Shown here: positions 48,190-60,435 of the stretch, piece after piece
Layout: each line of letters begins with the position of its first letter
Numbering within the stretch: position 1 is the first letter of the stretch
Source of the DNA: Tubiluchus corallicola
Lineage: Eukaryota > Animalia > Priapulida
DNA length: 64,000 nucleotides
Direction of reading: 5' to 3'
Assembly: GCA_030141605.1 (NCBI GenBank)
Contig: JAQGDQ010000793.1
Coordinates: forward strand, 31,150-95,149
Translations under genes and position numbers: made by a program
Notes under the pieces: generated by a model
What the model saw: the letters and a program-made list of their open reading frames with translations, nothing else
Databases searched by the model: none
What the model was told of the DNA's origin: nothing

Positions 48190-50200
48190 TAATTAGGAAC
48201 TTAAACAAAGAAGATCAGAGCAGCACGACAGTCTAGAATGCAGAACACTGCTAAGCAACCACAAAGATCTTTGATCTACACAAACCATATCTATGGTATT
48301 GTTACAATTGTCGATTAAGGAATTAAACTTTACTATGGTTGGTGCAACAATCACCATAGCAGGCAGTTTATTCCATTCATTCACAACTCTCACATAAAAT
48401 GAATATTTACGAATGTCAAGACGTTTTGTCCGCTCTTTAAACAGTTTTAAATTATGTCCTCTAGTTTTAGAATCAACAACAAAATTAAAGTATTCTTGCG
48501 CCAACTGTTTTCTTTTCTAGTTAATAATCTGCGATCTTCAATAAGATCTCCACGGTGTCGTCTTAATTCAAGCGTGGCCAAATTGCAATATTTCTATCTT
48601 TCTAAATACGTCAGATTTTTACAACCTAATCTTATTCTTGTAGCACATATTTCTACACCTTCCAAAAGCAATATGTCTTTCTGATAATGCGAATTCCAAG
48701 GCTGCACACAGTATCCTTGATGAGATATAACCAAACTAATGTGTATTTTCAATAATTATTATAATTTCTTTATTCATTTTCTAGGAACGATGTGCTGCTT
48801 TATGATCCCCAAGATTTTGCTTGCTTTCTTAACATGCACATTGCTGGAAAAATTTCAAGTCTGATGTTGTTATCACACCAATATCTTTTTTACTATTAAT
48901 TTTGTACTTTGAAGAGTTGTTCCATTCATAACATGATCGCTTTCAAGATTCCCAAAATTGCAATGCATTTATCAACACTAAATAACATTTGCCAATCATT
49001 ACTCCACCTACATAGTTCTTCCATATCATGCTGCAAAACTAATGAGTCTGTTACAGAGTTAACTGGATTATACAATTTTGTATCATCTGCAAATTTTGAA
49101 AAATGAGTGGAAAATCATTGTCCATATCAGTAATGAAAATAGTGAAAAACACCGGTCCGAGTACCGATTCTTGTGGAACACCACTTGTCACCAACCTTTC
49201 ACATGATTCTACTCCATCGACTACGACATGCTGTTGTCTTCCAAACATCCAACCTTCAATCCAGCAGATAATATCTCCAGAAACACCATGGGTTTTAATC
49301 TTTTTAAGCAATCTTCGACGAGGCACTTTATCGAAAGCCGGAGCAGAGCAAAATAAATAATATCAACAAAACTCCCTTGATCAAGCACAGAAGTGACATC
49401 AAAAAAATTTATCAGATTGGTCAAGCAAGAATGGCCTTTAGTGAATTCATGTTGGGAGTCTAATAATAAATTATTCTTTTCTAAATGATCAATGACATAA
49501 CTCTGCAAAATAGATTCCATGACTCTATGTACTAATAAAGTTAAAGAAATAGGCCGTAATTACAGGGATCACTTCGCATACTCTTCTTAAAAATAAGTGT
49601 TACATTGGTTAACTTGCAACTATGAGGTACTTGATCATACAATAAAGTGAATGGCTTACACAAATAGCCTGCAAGTTCAATTAACAGTCTGCATCCAAAA
49701 TTATCAAGACCAGGTGTTTTATTGAGCTTAAGTTTACAAATATAATCAACGATCATTTCCTCAGATATTTGTAGTGAAGTAAGTAATTTGGTCCATGAAA
49801 AACATTATGAGGCTCTGGAATTTTATCAACATCTTCTTTAGCAAATATAGATGCAAAAAATGTATTAAGAATCCCTGCCATAAATTTTGGATCAGAAGTG
49901 AGATGCTCATTACTCTCCTTTAGAGGGTCTATAGAATTTTTAACTAACTTATTGCTTTTAACTTGAAAACGACTTTGTATCCTGTTTAATATTATTTGCT
50001 AGATTCATTTCAAACCTACCAACAGCATTATGTACAAGAAACTTAACTTCAGATTCAGCATTCTTATATTTATTAAATGCTGACGCTGACAAACTACGAG
50101 TATCCCGATATTTCTTCCACAACCTTCTTTTATGTCTAATTGCTTTAACAACTCTTCTAGTTGTCCATAGCTTCTTAGGTTTGAGTTTTCTTTTTATCTC
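48190..50200 (-). mobile_element. Decayed CR1-clade non-LTR retrotransposon (ORF2 RT region and 3' end)
   Basis: Frameshifted fragments: [67 protein letters not shown] (about 49080-49097), TRGHNLKLFK, RKYSFYVRVVNEWNKLP. Confidence 0.9.
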
Positions 50201-51254
50201 GGTGCAGCAGCAAAATTGAAACTTAAAATTATAAATTTTCATTGTTGTTCGCCCAAACAGTGCTAAAAGGGTTAACTGCTTTACAGGCACAGTACCATTA
50301 AGCTAGAGATGTGCGTGCTGGGCATACTTGAATAACTGTGCTGACATCTGCAATGATAATCCCGAAGGAGATTTCAGAGTATTATTCCGCTTTTATTTTC
50401 TTCATATACTCAATTGTTTTGGCCAGAATCCAGACAAATGATCTTCATCTGGTATTACTGTTGCTGCAGTTATTGTTACTGTTGGTTCTGTTGCTGCTGT
50501 TGTTATTCAGGGGTATTATATATATCATTGCACTAGTCGTAGTATTCAATAAATAAACTACATAAACTTATACCCTTGCGGGCGGACATAAGATTTTGCA
50601 TGTTGTTTTGGGCTTGTGTGGTTAAATCATATCGTAAGATCAATGGTAAAAATAGATAAAGCTAGATCACGTGCATAGAGTTTGGTTCATATTTAATTTA
50701 GTTCATTTCTTGTTGAAATTTGTCTTCTTCTGAGGGTAATGTTTCTTATACTTTGAATGAAGTTGATTATGTACGACTTTTTTGTATATATTTGTGCAGG
50801 AATGTTTTAGGTGACTAGTAATAGTATTAAAATGTCCACACCCAACTTCAATACCTAAAGCTGAAGTCTGTGTCAACTGTCAGGTGACCATTATGTTTAA
50901 GTTTATTAGTCACGTTTTATTAAGATTACAGTCTTTCACTACTCCGTCTCAGTACAATTGTAGCAAATCGTGTATGTCGAATATTGCATATGCATAACAG
51001 ATTGAGACGAATGTTAAATTAAATATGAATCAAGATTTACACTTTCTGAAGTAATTAAAGAGGCATCACTTCTAATCCAAAGGACTGTAAGTATTAATTA
51101 TTACGTAGAACATTCGCGCTTGCTCAACATCTCAGTATGTACCGCCTCACCTTGTCCTGCTTAGTCGTCTACCGTCCGATAATAAATTGTAATGCCAATG
51201 CTGCCTTTCTGTGTACTACCTTGCCAGGTAGCGCATTGTGGTATGGTGTGTTGC

Positions 51255-51695
51255 TGTCTAAGACCTAAATTAGACTATTGTGTGCAAGCTAAAATCCACA
51301 CTGTAGAAAAGACATTAAGCTTCTAGAGGGTGTGCAGCATAGGGCCACCGGCATAATTGAAAGTATGGAGGAAATGTCGTATCAAGAGAGGCTTAGAAAA
51401 TGTCCACTTACAGCCATAGAGTTGAGAAGACATAGAAGAGATTTGAGGATACAAACGTTTAAAATTATGGAAGGGTTAGGTGGCATTGAAAGAGAAAAAA
51501 TGTTTACACAGGCAAGTGATGGCAAAACGAGAGAGCATTCTCTTATAAACATAGAGCTAAAATTGGATTGTAAAATATTTTTTCACGGAAAGAGTGGCTA
51601 GAGCGTAGAATTTACTCCCATCTGAAACTGTTAAAGCTTCTTCAGTGAACAACTTCAAGAACATACTGGATAGACATTTAGATAAGAAATACGGG
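51255..51695 (+). mobile_element. 3' fragment of a second CR1-type LINE
   Basis: Frameshifted remnants RPKLDYCVQ, LLEGVQHRAT, MSYQERLRK, LRRHRRDL-IQTFKIM and TREHS, typical of the CR1 ORF2 C-terminus. Confidence 0.75.
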
Positions 51696-51744
51696 GTTAC
51701 AATTAACATGTTTGATTAATCGCTACCACTCTTATAGACTGCCA

Positions 51745-52261
51745 GTATGGTAGTGGTGTGGTGTGGTGTGGTTGGTATGGTATGGTGTAGTGTGGTATGG
51801 TGTGGTGTAGTGTGGTGTGGTGTGGTGTGGTGTAGTGTGGTATGGTGTAGTGTGGTATGGTGTGGTGTGGTGTAGTGTGGTGTGGTATGGTGTGGTGTGG
51901 TGTAGTATGGTGTGGTGTGGTGTAGTGTGGTATGGTGTGGTGTGGTTGGTATGGTATGGTGTAGTGTGGTATGGTGTGGTGTGGTATGGTGTAGAGTGGT
52001 ATGGTGTGGTGTGGTATGGTATGGTATGGTATGGTGTGGTGTGGCATGATATAGTATGGTGTGGTGTAGTGTGGTATGGTGTAGTGTGGTGTGGTATGGT
52101 GTGGTGTGGTATGGTACGATGTAGTGTGGTGTGGTGTGGTGTAGTGTGGTATGGTGTAGTGTGGTATGTTGTAGTGTGGTATGATGTAGTGTGGTTTGGT
52201 GTAGTGTGGTGTGGTGTGATGTGCTATGGTATGGTATGGTATGGTATGGTATGGTATGGTC
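51745..52261. repeat. Pentanucleotide microsatellite (TGTGG/TATGG/TGTAG)n
   Basis: Sister tract at about 61586-61961; marks the left edge of the duplication. Confidence 0.92.
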
Positions 52262-54302
52262 TAGGACGAGGTAGTATATTGCACTATGGTGCAGTGGCAA
52301 GGTGTATTTCTTACACTGACTATTTATATATATATATATTTACTTGTTTCTTTCTTACTTACAGTTAGATAAACTAAGCCATTTAACTAGCACGTTCCAG
52401 AATTGAAGAAAATGTTACACATCCAGAAACAGTTTATGTGCATGACACCAATAAATGTGTTTGACTGGCCAACATTTGGTGACTCCACTACAGAACAGGT
52501 AAATACTAGGGATCTTAAATTGCAAGAAAAAATAAAGCACCACGTGTGTTGTTCTAACGCAAATTAATTCGTTAGTTTTTATGATTTCAATTTGCCTGTT
52601 TAATTAAACAGTCTCTTGGTAATTGTCACTTTTAAAAAAGTTATTCTAATTCTAAATGTCGGGAATAATATACGGTAGGTGCCGCTTAATAGTCTCACTA
52701 TGGGATGGAAGCGTTTTGACCCAATTAACTGACTTAGTTAATTAGCTGACAGGTGTAGTATTAGTTCGTATGAGTCATCAACTCTTCAGCTTGGTATGCA
52801 CTGCAAAGACTGCAAGAGATTTAAAGGACAAGAAAAGGGGTACCCGAAGTAGGCTTCAGAAACTTTATAGCAATTTTATGCGTATATCTTACTCGCACTG
52901 AAAGGAATTTTCTCATTTTAAATCTCCGGCAATATTGTTCCGAAGTCGCCATTACATGACGTCATGCGCCAAACCCTAAATCAAGGGAAGAAAAGGCAAT
53001 GTTAAATTATGTCTCAAAAGACTTTCCGTGCAAATCTATATTACTTAGGTTTTCGCTTACCTGCTAGAAAGACTTATGTAACTAGAAAAGAACTAAGTAT
53101 TTAAAATGTTTTCACCAATTTTGCTGACTCACCCTCCTGGGTGCACCACTCAGTAACCAAAAACGTATTTTTAATCTTATTGACAAGATACAGTAATTTT
53201 AAATTTTATTTAGTTAGTGAAGTGTGCGCTACCAATGCTCTTATTATATTTTCAAACTTTACAAAATGTTATCTAAACTTGTTTCACATGACCTTTCGTG
53301 AAAATGGCTGCGTCTAACGGTCATCGCGGGAGTTTAAATTTACATGTTTTATACAGCGTGACTGCCGATTGAAGTCCTGCACGCAAAAAGGTAGTATGTA
53401 AGTGATATAAAATTTCAAAACGAATTTTTTAATCTTTATGTTTATGAAAGGTTTTCTTGTGCTTTAAATGTTTCATGCTACCTGCTGCATTGTTCAAAAT
53501 TAACTCTTACTTGCTCTTTGATGTTCACGCTTATAAAATCAAAAAGAAAACCGACACATTACTGCAGCTGCATCGGTGGCATAATAGCAACAGTTAACTG
53601 ATTAAACGTTCTGTGAAAACAGCAAGAGCTTCAAAAGCAAACCACTAGACAAGTGATTAAATGTTTATACTCCATAAATTCTCCGGCAAAGAGGTTAATT
53701 GCACCATCTAGTGGGATTCAAAGCAAAAATGCCAGGCATATTGGCACTTGATAAACATACCTGCTTGCTATCAAAATTTTTAATAAACTAATAGCGGTTT
53801 TACTGCAGGACAAAATCAAGTAATATGCAAGATCTTTTTTAAGACACTTTTTACTGGTGGTTCGAAAATCTTTCAAACTCAATTCAAATTCGAATAGTGA
53901 AATTCGGTTCGATTCGAATTCGAAGGTCACAAATTCGGTTTGATTCGAATTCGCAGGTCACAAATTCGATTCGATTCAACTTCAGTTTTTGGTAGAGAAT
54001 CCTCACCTCTAATGTTCGTCAGTCAAATGACACCTTGGCGAAAAAACAAAATGGTAAAATACGATACACTCACATTTCGGTTTGCCAAACCCTACCTTTA
54101 CGGGTATCGGAAGAATTTGACAAAATTTGTACCGTTAAAATGTCCCACATAGTACTACGAACACAGTCAATTGTTTCGCCTTGATGACCGCTAGTTGGCG
54201 GGCCGTTGCTTTGTTTACGTCATTAAACCCTGTTTACAAGCAAACTGTACATACTGTGGATGCGCCCAGTCCAGGCAAAGAAACGGCAAACATCAGTATT
54301 GA
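51930..54302 (+). repeat. Segmental duplication, copy 1 (matches about 61630-64000)
   Basis: Base-for-base match at an offset of about 9.7 kb (identical ORFs at 53718/63416 and 53940/63638), with only scattered substitutions. Confidence 0.92.
52825..53463. mobile_element. TTAA-flanked Kolobok-like MITE, family A
   Basis: TTAA|AGGACAAGAAAA...TTTTCTTGTGCT|TTAA. Confidence 0.85.
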
Positions 54303-55028
54303 CCTGTGCGATAGACCTGCAATTTATTAAAATAAGAGATCACAAAAAGTGCTTAAGAATGTGCTAAAGCTTATTACTATTTAGACAAAATAAAAAATTA
54401 GATACACAAATTATTACTTTATGATTCTAGACATTTGAAGCAATTCTAACCAATTTAAACTATTAACTAATTATTAAAGTAGATGGTGACTTACATTTAC
54501 TGGTGACAACTTTGGCTCGAAAATACAACTAGTGACTGTTAAATTGTAACAAAATAGACAAAGCAATGCAAGTATCACCAAACGGCATGATCAGCATAGC
54601 GGCAACAGAAAATCTAACTACGTGTAAGAATAAGTGTGATTGATAGGTGGCGTGTACTACTAAAGCTTAGGTCACATGACTAAGGCTGGCTTCGTTTTAA
54701 ACAGTTTCAGGAAATGCGTGTTTGTAAAAATGCGAAAAGAAAACAAATATTGATAGAATGCTAGATTAAATTGCTTGACACCAACACATACCAAGATTGC
54801 TTCTACGTACATTATAGTGTACGAAAACGACGCTAAGATGACATAAAAGTAGTAAAAGCTCACTGGTCACAACAAGTGTCTTATTTAAGCACCTGAGTCA
54901 ATCATGCGGAGTTATTTGAGTCAATTACCGACAGTTCTTATACTAGGCGTTTTCGAGTCAATTAAGCGATTGACTCTATTAACTGTGAGTCTAATAAATG
55001 GCACCTGCTGTAATATAAAATACGTTAA

Positions 55029-56105
55029 AGCACAAGAAAACCCTTCATAAACATAAAGCTTGAAAAATTTGTTTTGAAATTTTATATCGCTTACATACTG
55101 TCTTTTTGCATGTAAATCACTTTCTCTGGATTGAACTGCAGTTACTGCTATCGACAGGAACGTACTTTTGTTTTTGCAAAGCAAATTTTTTATAGATGGT
55201 TTTCTAGAAACTTACGTTTGACATCATTATGCGCGACATTAGTAACACACCACTAACGGTTTATTTTGAACATTCTGTAGTATATAAAGCATTGTATGTT
55301 GTCATGTAATATGAGAGAGACAGACAGATTGCGAGTGAGATCCTTCATTGACGTACTACATATCCATTTCTATTCTTATGACAAGTACAGCTTTTGTTGT
55401 AAGGGCTCATTGGTAAAACATTGAAAACTTTTGTTATTTCGTGATTCGTTAATTGTGTTAAAATGTTTTGAAAATTTATATCACTTACGTACAGCCTTTT
55501 TGCGTGCAGGACTTCAATCGGCAGTAACGCTGTATAAAACATGTAAATTTAAACTCCCGCGATGACCGTTAGACGCAGCCATTTTCACGACAGGTCATTT
55601 GAAACAAGTTTAGGTAACATTTTGTAAAGTTTAAAAAAATAATCAGAGCATTCGTAGCGCCCAAGTCACTAACTAAATAAAATTTAAAATTACTGTATCG
55701 TGTCAATAAGATTAAAAATACGTTTTTTGGTTAGTGAGCGGTGCACCCTGGAGGGTGAGTCAGCGACATTTTACCAATTGGTGAAAACATTTTAAATAAT
55801 TAATAATTTTCTTATCTAGTTACATAAATCTCTCTAGCAGGTAAGCGAAAATCTGAGTAATATAGATTTGCACGGAAAGTCTTTTGAGACATAAATTAAC
55901 ATTGCCTTTTCTTCCCTTGATTTACGTTTGCTACATGACGTCATGTAATGGCGACTGCGGAACAGTGTTGCGGGAGATTTAAAATGAAAACAAACTAAAA
56001 TTCCTTTCAGTGCGAGTACGATATACGCATAAAATTGCTATAAAGTAATATAATTTTTTAAGACGATTTTCTGAAACCTACTTCAGGTACCCCTTTTCTT
56101 GTCCA
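55029..56105. mobile_element. Family A MITE (reverse orientation, with internal insertion or duplication) upstream of the FYVE gene
   Basis: TTAA|AGCACAAGAAAA...TTTTCTTGTCCA|TTAA. The body is the reverse complement of 52825-53463. Confidence 0.8.
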
Positions 56106-56472
56106 TTAAACTGATGCTACTGACAAAATATAGAAGACTCATTGAATGCCAAAGTAACTTATTGGCTTTTATGTACATTAGATAACAAGTTTACGTAGAA
56201 TTACTAAACTTCGTTAATTAAAAACACTTCAGCATGCAAGAGAAAAGCTCTCATTACGTCAGCATAACTTGCCCTTATTGTTTTCCTAAACCAGGAAGTA
56301 CTAGTTTGACCTTCTCTGATGGGGTTTTCCTGACTGGTAGATAAGGGGAAATGAGTGCTTCCTGTATCCCTATTTCTGTCTTAACAGTAAGTAAATACAG
56401 AGTTTATTCAGTTACTTATGCCTAGTGGTAGCAGAGAGTTTGCAACTGTTTGGGAAACTTCCTGGAAGAAAA

Positions 56473-58758
56473 ATGTTTGATGTTATATTGCTTCATTTCT
56501 TGCCGATGTTGCCTTTGACCATAGAGCTGAGACTCGACGAACGCGAGTGGCAGTTGTTGAAATTCCACTTGGACCGAATCTATCCCGAGAGCGGGGGCAC
56601 GGAAAGGAGGTGGAGGCGGACGCTCGGTCGTAATAGAGCGTACGAGCGCGCAAACGTGTTTCGGCATTTTGTTACCGTTAGCCGACAGATAAGTTTGTCA
56701 AAGACGAGAGGCGGCGGCGAGTCCGTGGATACTCTAAACCCTTTAGGCTGGTTTTTGACAAGGTTTACGGAGAGACAGGCGTCTAGTGATGCACAAAAAC
56801 AAATTGTCGTGAAGCTAGTCGGTTCATTAGATTACATACATAGGATTCACCAAGTGTATAATTGTACGACAGAAGAGCCTGATGATTTTGTCGGTTTCAG
56901 GTTCGAATGTGATTGGACGGCAGAGGAGGACATGGCTTCCGGATCGTTGGAGCAGTCGTCCGAATGGCTGACGGTGAGATCCGGTGCCACAGTTGTGGGA
57001 TATACTCCGACGTTCGAGACGCTTCCGCTAGAGTTTCCGTCGTCCCAAGACTGGCACCAAGACAAGAAGCAACTGACGTTCCTTCATTTTCTTTTAGACC
57101 GATCCAACGACGATCGCAGGTCCACGCATTCTGACGACATCATCAAGTCACATTGGAAAGCCAAATCGTCCCGCGACTATTGTCCATTGTGCAGGGCGCG
57201 GATAACGTTTGGCATTGTTGCCCGCCATTGTCGAAAGTGCGGTGATGTATTCTGTCGTTCTTGCACCAGTGCCGAGCGCAAGCTGTCCTACATGGCGCAG
57301 CCAGATCCTACAGGCAAGCTGCAACACGTGTGCGTCATCTGTTACAAAGAAACGGAGTTTTCGGAGCACATCGTGGAGGGACAGTCTTATTCGTTTACGT
57401 CCGTTTTCAAAAACTATCGCTCCGCCCATCACCAGGGAAAACAGATAATTCCAAAGGGAAGCATGAATTTGTTGCAGCAGAAAAAACGTTTGACAGATGG
57501 CTTCCGTGCGAGCCTTCAACATTCGGAATTACATTCTTGGCGCACCCTTTTTGGCGGGCAGAAATCCTTTGCCTGGGAAATTCCGGACGCCGGCGTTAAC
57601 GTCGATGCTCACAGCTGTTGCCAGCGGTGCTCGAAAAGTTTCGGCGTTCTGACGAAGTTGCAAAAGAAGTTGGTTTGTTGCATCTGCGGCGTGATAACGT
57701 GTTCCGAGTGTTCGTCCAAAAATCTTATCGTTTACGTGCCCGACGCTCAAGAGCCGACCGACGAAGAATGCGAAGTGAAGTTGGCGGTGATAAAGATAAT
57801 CGGTTGCCCGCCGAGAGAACCGCAGTGTTGCTTGTACTTGCTGGTTTGCAACGCCTGCAGGAAACACTTGGAAGACATCCAGGTGGAGGAATGCTGCGCA
57901 GAAGAGGAAGACGTTAGCAAAGATTTGATGTCGCAGGTCGTCAAGATTTACGAGACCGTCACGGAAGTTCAGCAAAAGCTGGACCGGCAGTTACCGAAAT
58001 ATCGGTCGTTGGTTAACGCTCTGGATATCCAACCCGGCGCGCCGAGGAACACGACGCAGGGAAGCGCCGGCAACGCCCAGGTCATGGCCAAGGCCCAGAT
58101 CGACATGGCCGACCACTTTGTCCAACTCCTTGGCATCCTGCAAAGTCTGAAGCACCTGAAGCCCACTACCACTCGCCAGATGTCTCTGCTGAACAATCTT
58201 TCCAAGAGCAAGTTCATGTACTACAGAGAGCAGCACACGGCATTTCAGAGACTGCGACGCCGGCTGGAGGAACAGGCTCCATCTGGTGTTTTGAAAAACA
58301 TACAAAAGATCGTGGACGAGAAAGCCATTAATAGCGCGTATATTTCGCTGAAGCAGTTAGCGCTGGAATGTATGATGCTGTCGGAAAAACATCATCTCAG
58401 CAACAAACTCGCGATCGAACTAGCCAGAGTGGAAGACGCCGTCTTGGTCGACTTGATGGAGTGCCTTCAGAAGAGCGACGACGACCCCGACCTTCACCTC
58501 AGCACCATCGACAAGTTCCTGAAGAGAGAGTTGAAGGAGAGGCGTCTGATCCGTCCTTCCCGACGTCTGACGTCCGTGTACGGAGGCAAACACGTGGCGC
58601 AGGTGTTGCGTCAGAGAGTAAGCGACGTGCTCGCCTCCGTCGTCTTGCAGCTGGATTCGAAATCCGCCGACAAGCAGTTCAGAAAATCCAAGGACGCTCT
58701 CAAGCAGTGTCAGGACGTGGTCGAAAAATTTCCAGTGGAGAAACTTTTGGCAAACTGA
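56473..58758 (+). CDS. Double-FYVE zinc-finger protein, Vac1/Pep7- and rabenosyn-5-like, with possible N-terminal death-fold domain
   Basis: Uninterrupted GC-rich ORF of about 2.3 kb; first ATG at 56473, true start uncertain. FYVE1: SHW...CPLC...RHCRKCGDVFCRSC...VCVIC. FYVE2: W...CQRC...VCCICGVITCSEC...VCNAC. These are followed by a helical/coiled-coil region (VVKIYETVTEVQQKLDRQLPKYRSLVNAL). Confidence 0.85.
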   Translation: MFDVILLHFLPMLPLTIELRLDEREWQLLKFHLDRIYPESGGTERRWRRTLGRNRAYERANVFRHFVTVSRQISLSKTRGGGESVDTLNPLGWFLTRFTERQASSDAQKQIVVKLVGSLDYIHRIHQVYNCTTEEPDDFVGFRFECDWTAEEDMASGSLEQSSEWLTVRSGATVVGYTPTFETLPLEFPSSQDWHQDKKQLTFLHFLLDRSNDDRRSTHSDDIIKSHWKAKSSRDYCPLCRARITFGIVARHCRKCGDVFCRSCTSAERKLSYMAQPDPTGKLQHVCVICYKETEFSEHIVEGQSYSFTSVFKNYRSAHHQGKQIIPKGSMNLLQQKKRLTDGFRASLQHSELHSWRTLFGGQKSFAWEIPDAGVNVDAHSCCQRCSKSFGVLTKLQKKLVCCICGVITCSECSSKNLIVYVPDAQEPTDEECEVKLAVIKIIGCPPREPQCCLYLLVCNACRKHLEDIQVEECCAEEEDVSKDLMSQVVKIYETVTEVQQKLDRQLPKYRSLVNALDIQPGAPRNTTQGSAGNAQVMAKAQIDMADHFVQLLGILQSLKHLKPTTTRQMSLLNNLSKSKFMYYREQHTAFQRLRRRLEEQAPSGVLKNIQKIVDEKAINSAYISLKQLALECMMLSEKHHLSNKLAIELARVEDAVLVDLMECLQKSDDDPDLHLSTIDKFLKRELKERRLIRPSRRLTSVYGGKHVAQVLRQRVSDVLASVVLQLDSKSADKQFRKSKDALKQCQDVVEKFPVEKLLAN

Positions 58759-58816
58759 CCGTGCGGCCATGTGGTCAAATTTTATTACTTTAATGATAAT
58801 AGCCATAAATTGTTAA

Positions 58817-59438
58817 AGCACAAGAAAACGCTCCACATACATAAAGCTTAAAAAATTTGACTTGAAATTTTATACCACTTACATACTGCCTTTTTGCATG
58901 CAGGGCTTGCATTGGCAGTAAGTCTGTATAAATTTAAACTCTGATGATGACCTTGGTCATTTGAGACAAGTTTAGATAACACCACTCAAAGTTTAAAAAA
59001 ATAATCAGAGCATTCGTAGCACACATGTCACTAAGTAAGATTTTAAATTACTGTATCTTGTAAATAAGATTAAAAATACATTCTTGGTTAGTGAGTGGCG
59101 CACCCTGGAGGATGGACCAGTGACATTTTACCAATTGGCACAAACTTTTTAATTATTGTTTCTAGTTACATAAGTTTTTCCAGCAGGTAAATGAAATGCT
59201 AAGTAATATAAGTTTGCATGGAAAGTTTTTTAGAGTCATAATTTAATATCGCCTTTTCTTCCTTTGATTTACGTTGTGCGTAGGTAACGTCACGTAATGG
59301 CGACTTCGGAACAGTATTGCGGGAGATTTAAAATGAAAAAAAACAGAAATTCCTTTACGCATAAAATTGCTATAAAGTAATAAAAAATTTTAAGACGATT
59401 ATTCTTAAACCTACTGCAGGTACCCCTTTTCTTGTCCT
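58817..59438. mobile_element. Family A MITE immediately downstream of the FYVE gene
   Basis: TTAA|AGCACAAGAAAA...TTTTCTTGTCCT|TTAA, same orientation as the 55029 copy. Further partial copies at about 59815-60065 and 15857-16720. Confidence 0.85.
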
Positions 59439-60435
59439 TTAAGGAATTGCTTACTGAGAGCTGGGGGTAGTTTCTTGTTTTCAAATGTAGACAAGCTGAT
59501 GAATGATGTGGTGGTACTAGGGTAATTAATTCAACATTGTGACGTCAAAAATTGTCCGTGCATCATGGAGTGCATCATGTATGATGAATGATGTGGTGGT
59601 ACTAGGGTAATTGATTCAACATTGTGACGTCAAAAATTGTCTGTGCATCATGGAGTGCATCATGTAATCAGTGGTCTCTATTCTTGCATGGAAAATTTTA
59701 CAAACAATGGCTTCATTTCTTAAATTGTCTGAACTGTCTTGAACACGTTACTCGTCGCTTTAAAATGTTACAGGTTAGTTTTCTGAATGCTAAATATTTT
59801 TCGTGCGTGACAAAAATGTATTTTTAATCTTATTGACAAGATACTGTAAGTTAAAATCTTACTCAGTGACATGTGTGCTACGAATGCTGTCATTATTTTT
59901 TCAAACTTTGCGCGATGTTATGTAAACTTGTCTGATAATGACCTACCATTAAAATTTTTGCGCCTAACGGTCATCACGGGAGTTTAAATTTATACATCGT
60001 TGCTGCCGACGCAAGCCGTGCACGCAAAAGGGCAGTATGTAACTGGTACAAAATTTGCGGCTAATTTTCAGTTTTCGCGCAAAATACGCGGGTTCGTGTC
60101 GGTTGATCATATTTTTTAATCACCATTCTTCGGGCCTGAGGTGCCATTTTAAGACTTATTATGGAAACTGTTCTTTTTTTGCTACTGCTAAAAGTTTCGT
60201 TACACGATTGAGCCATTTCTTTTTCTTATTTTTTACTTTTCTTGATTTTACTGAAATGACGTAGCACGATTGATTTTACACTTACTGGTGTGTTGATTTG
60301 CTTCTTAAATTTGATTATTTTTCTAGTTTTTTTAAGTTTCTCTTTTTTGTGTAACGTAACAGTATTGGCAAATTTTACAAATGATATCTGTGATACACAT
60401 ACCTTAAAGTATGTATATAAGTGTTGTTATTAGTA

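Noticed and set aside
48190-51695. Intact or active retrotransposon, or LTR element
   Set aside because: Many frameshifts and stops, no LTRs and no endonuclease domain seen; the two fragments are diverged copies on opposite strands.
51703-52368. His/Thr/Pro-rich or Val/Trp-rich ORFs (also 61497-62105, 31898-32444, 17261-17611)
   Set aside because: Microsatellite translations.
56473-58758. Horizontal transfer from fungi, or processed retrocopy, as origin of the FYVE gene
   Set aside because: Base composition looks like the host exons, and no poly(A) tail or TSD is visible. An ancient retained paralog is equally plausible; a phylogeny is needed.
56847-58806. Antisense and alternate-frame ORFs over the FYVE gene
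   Set aside because: Expected shadows of a GC-rich coding exon, with no recognisable motifs.
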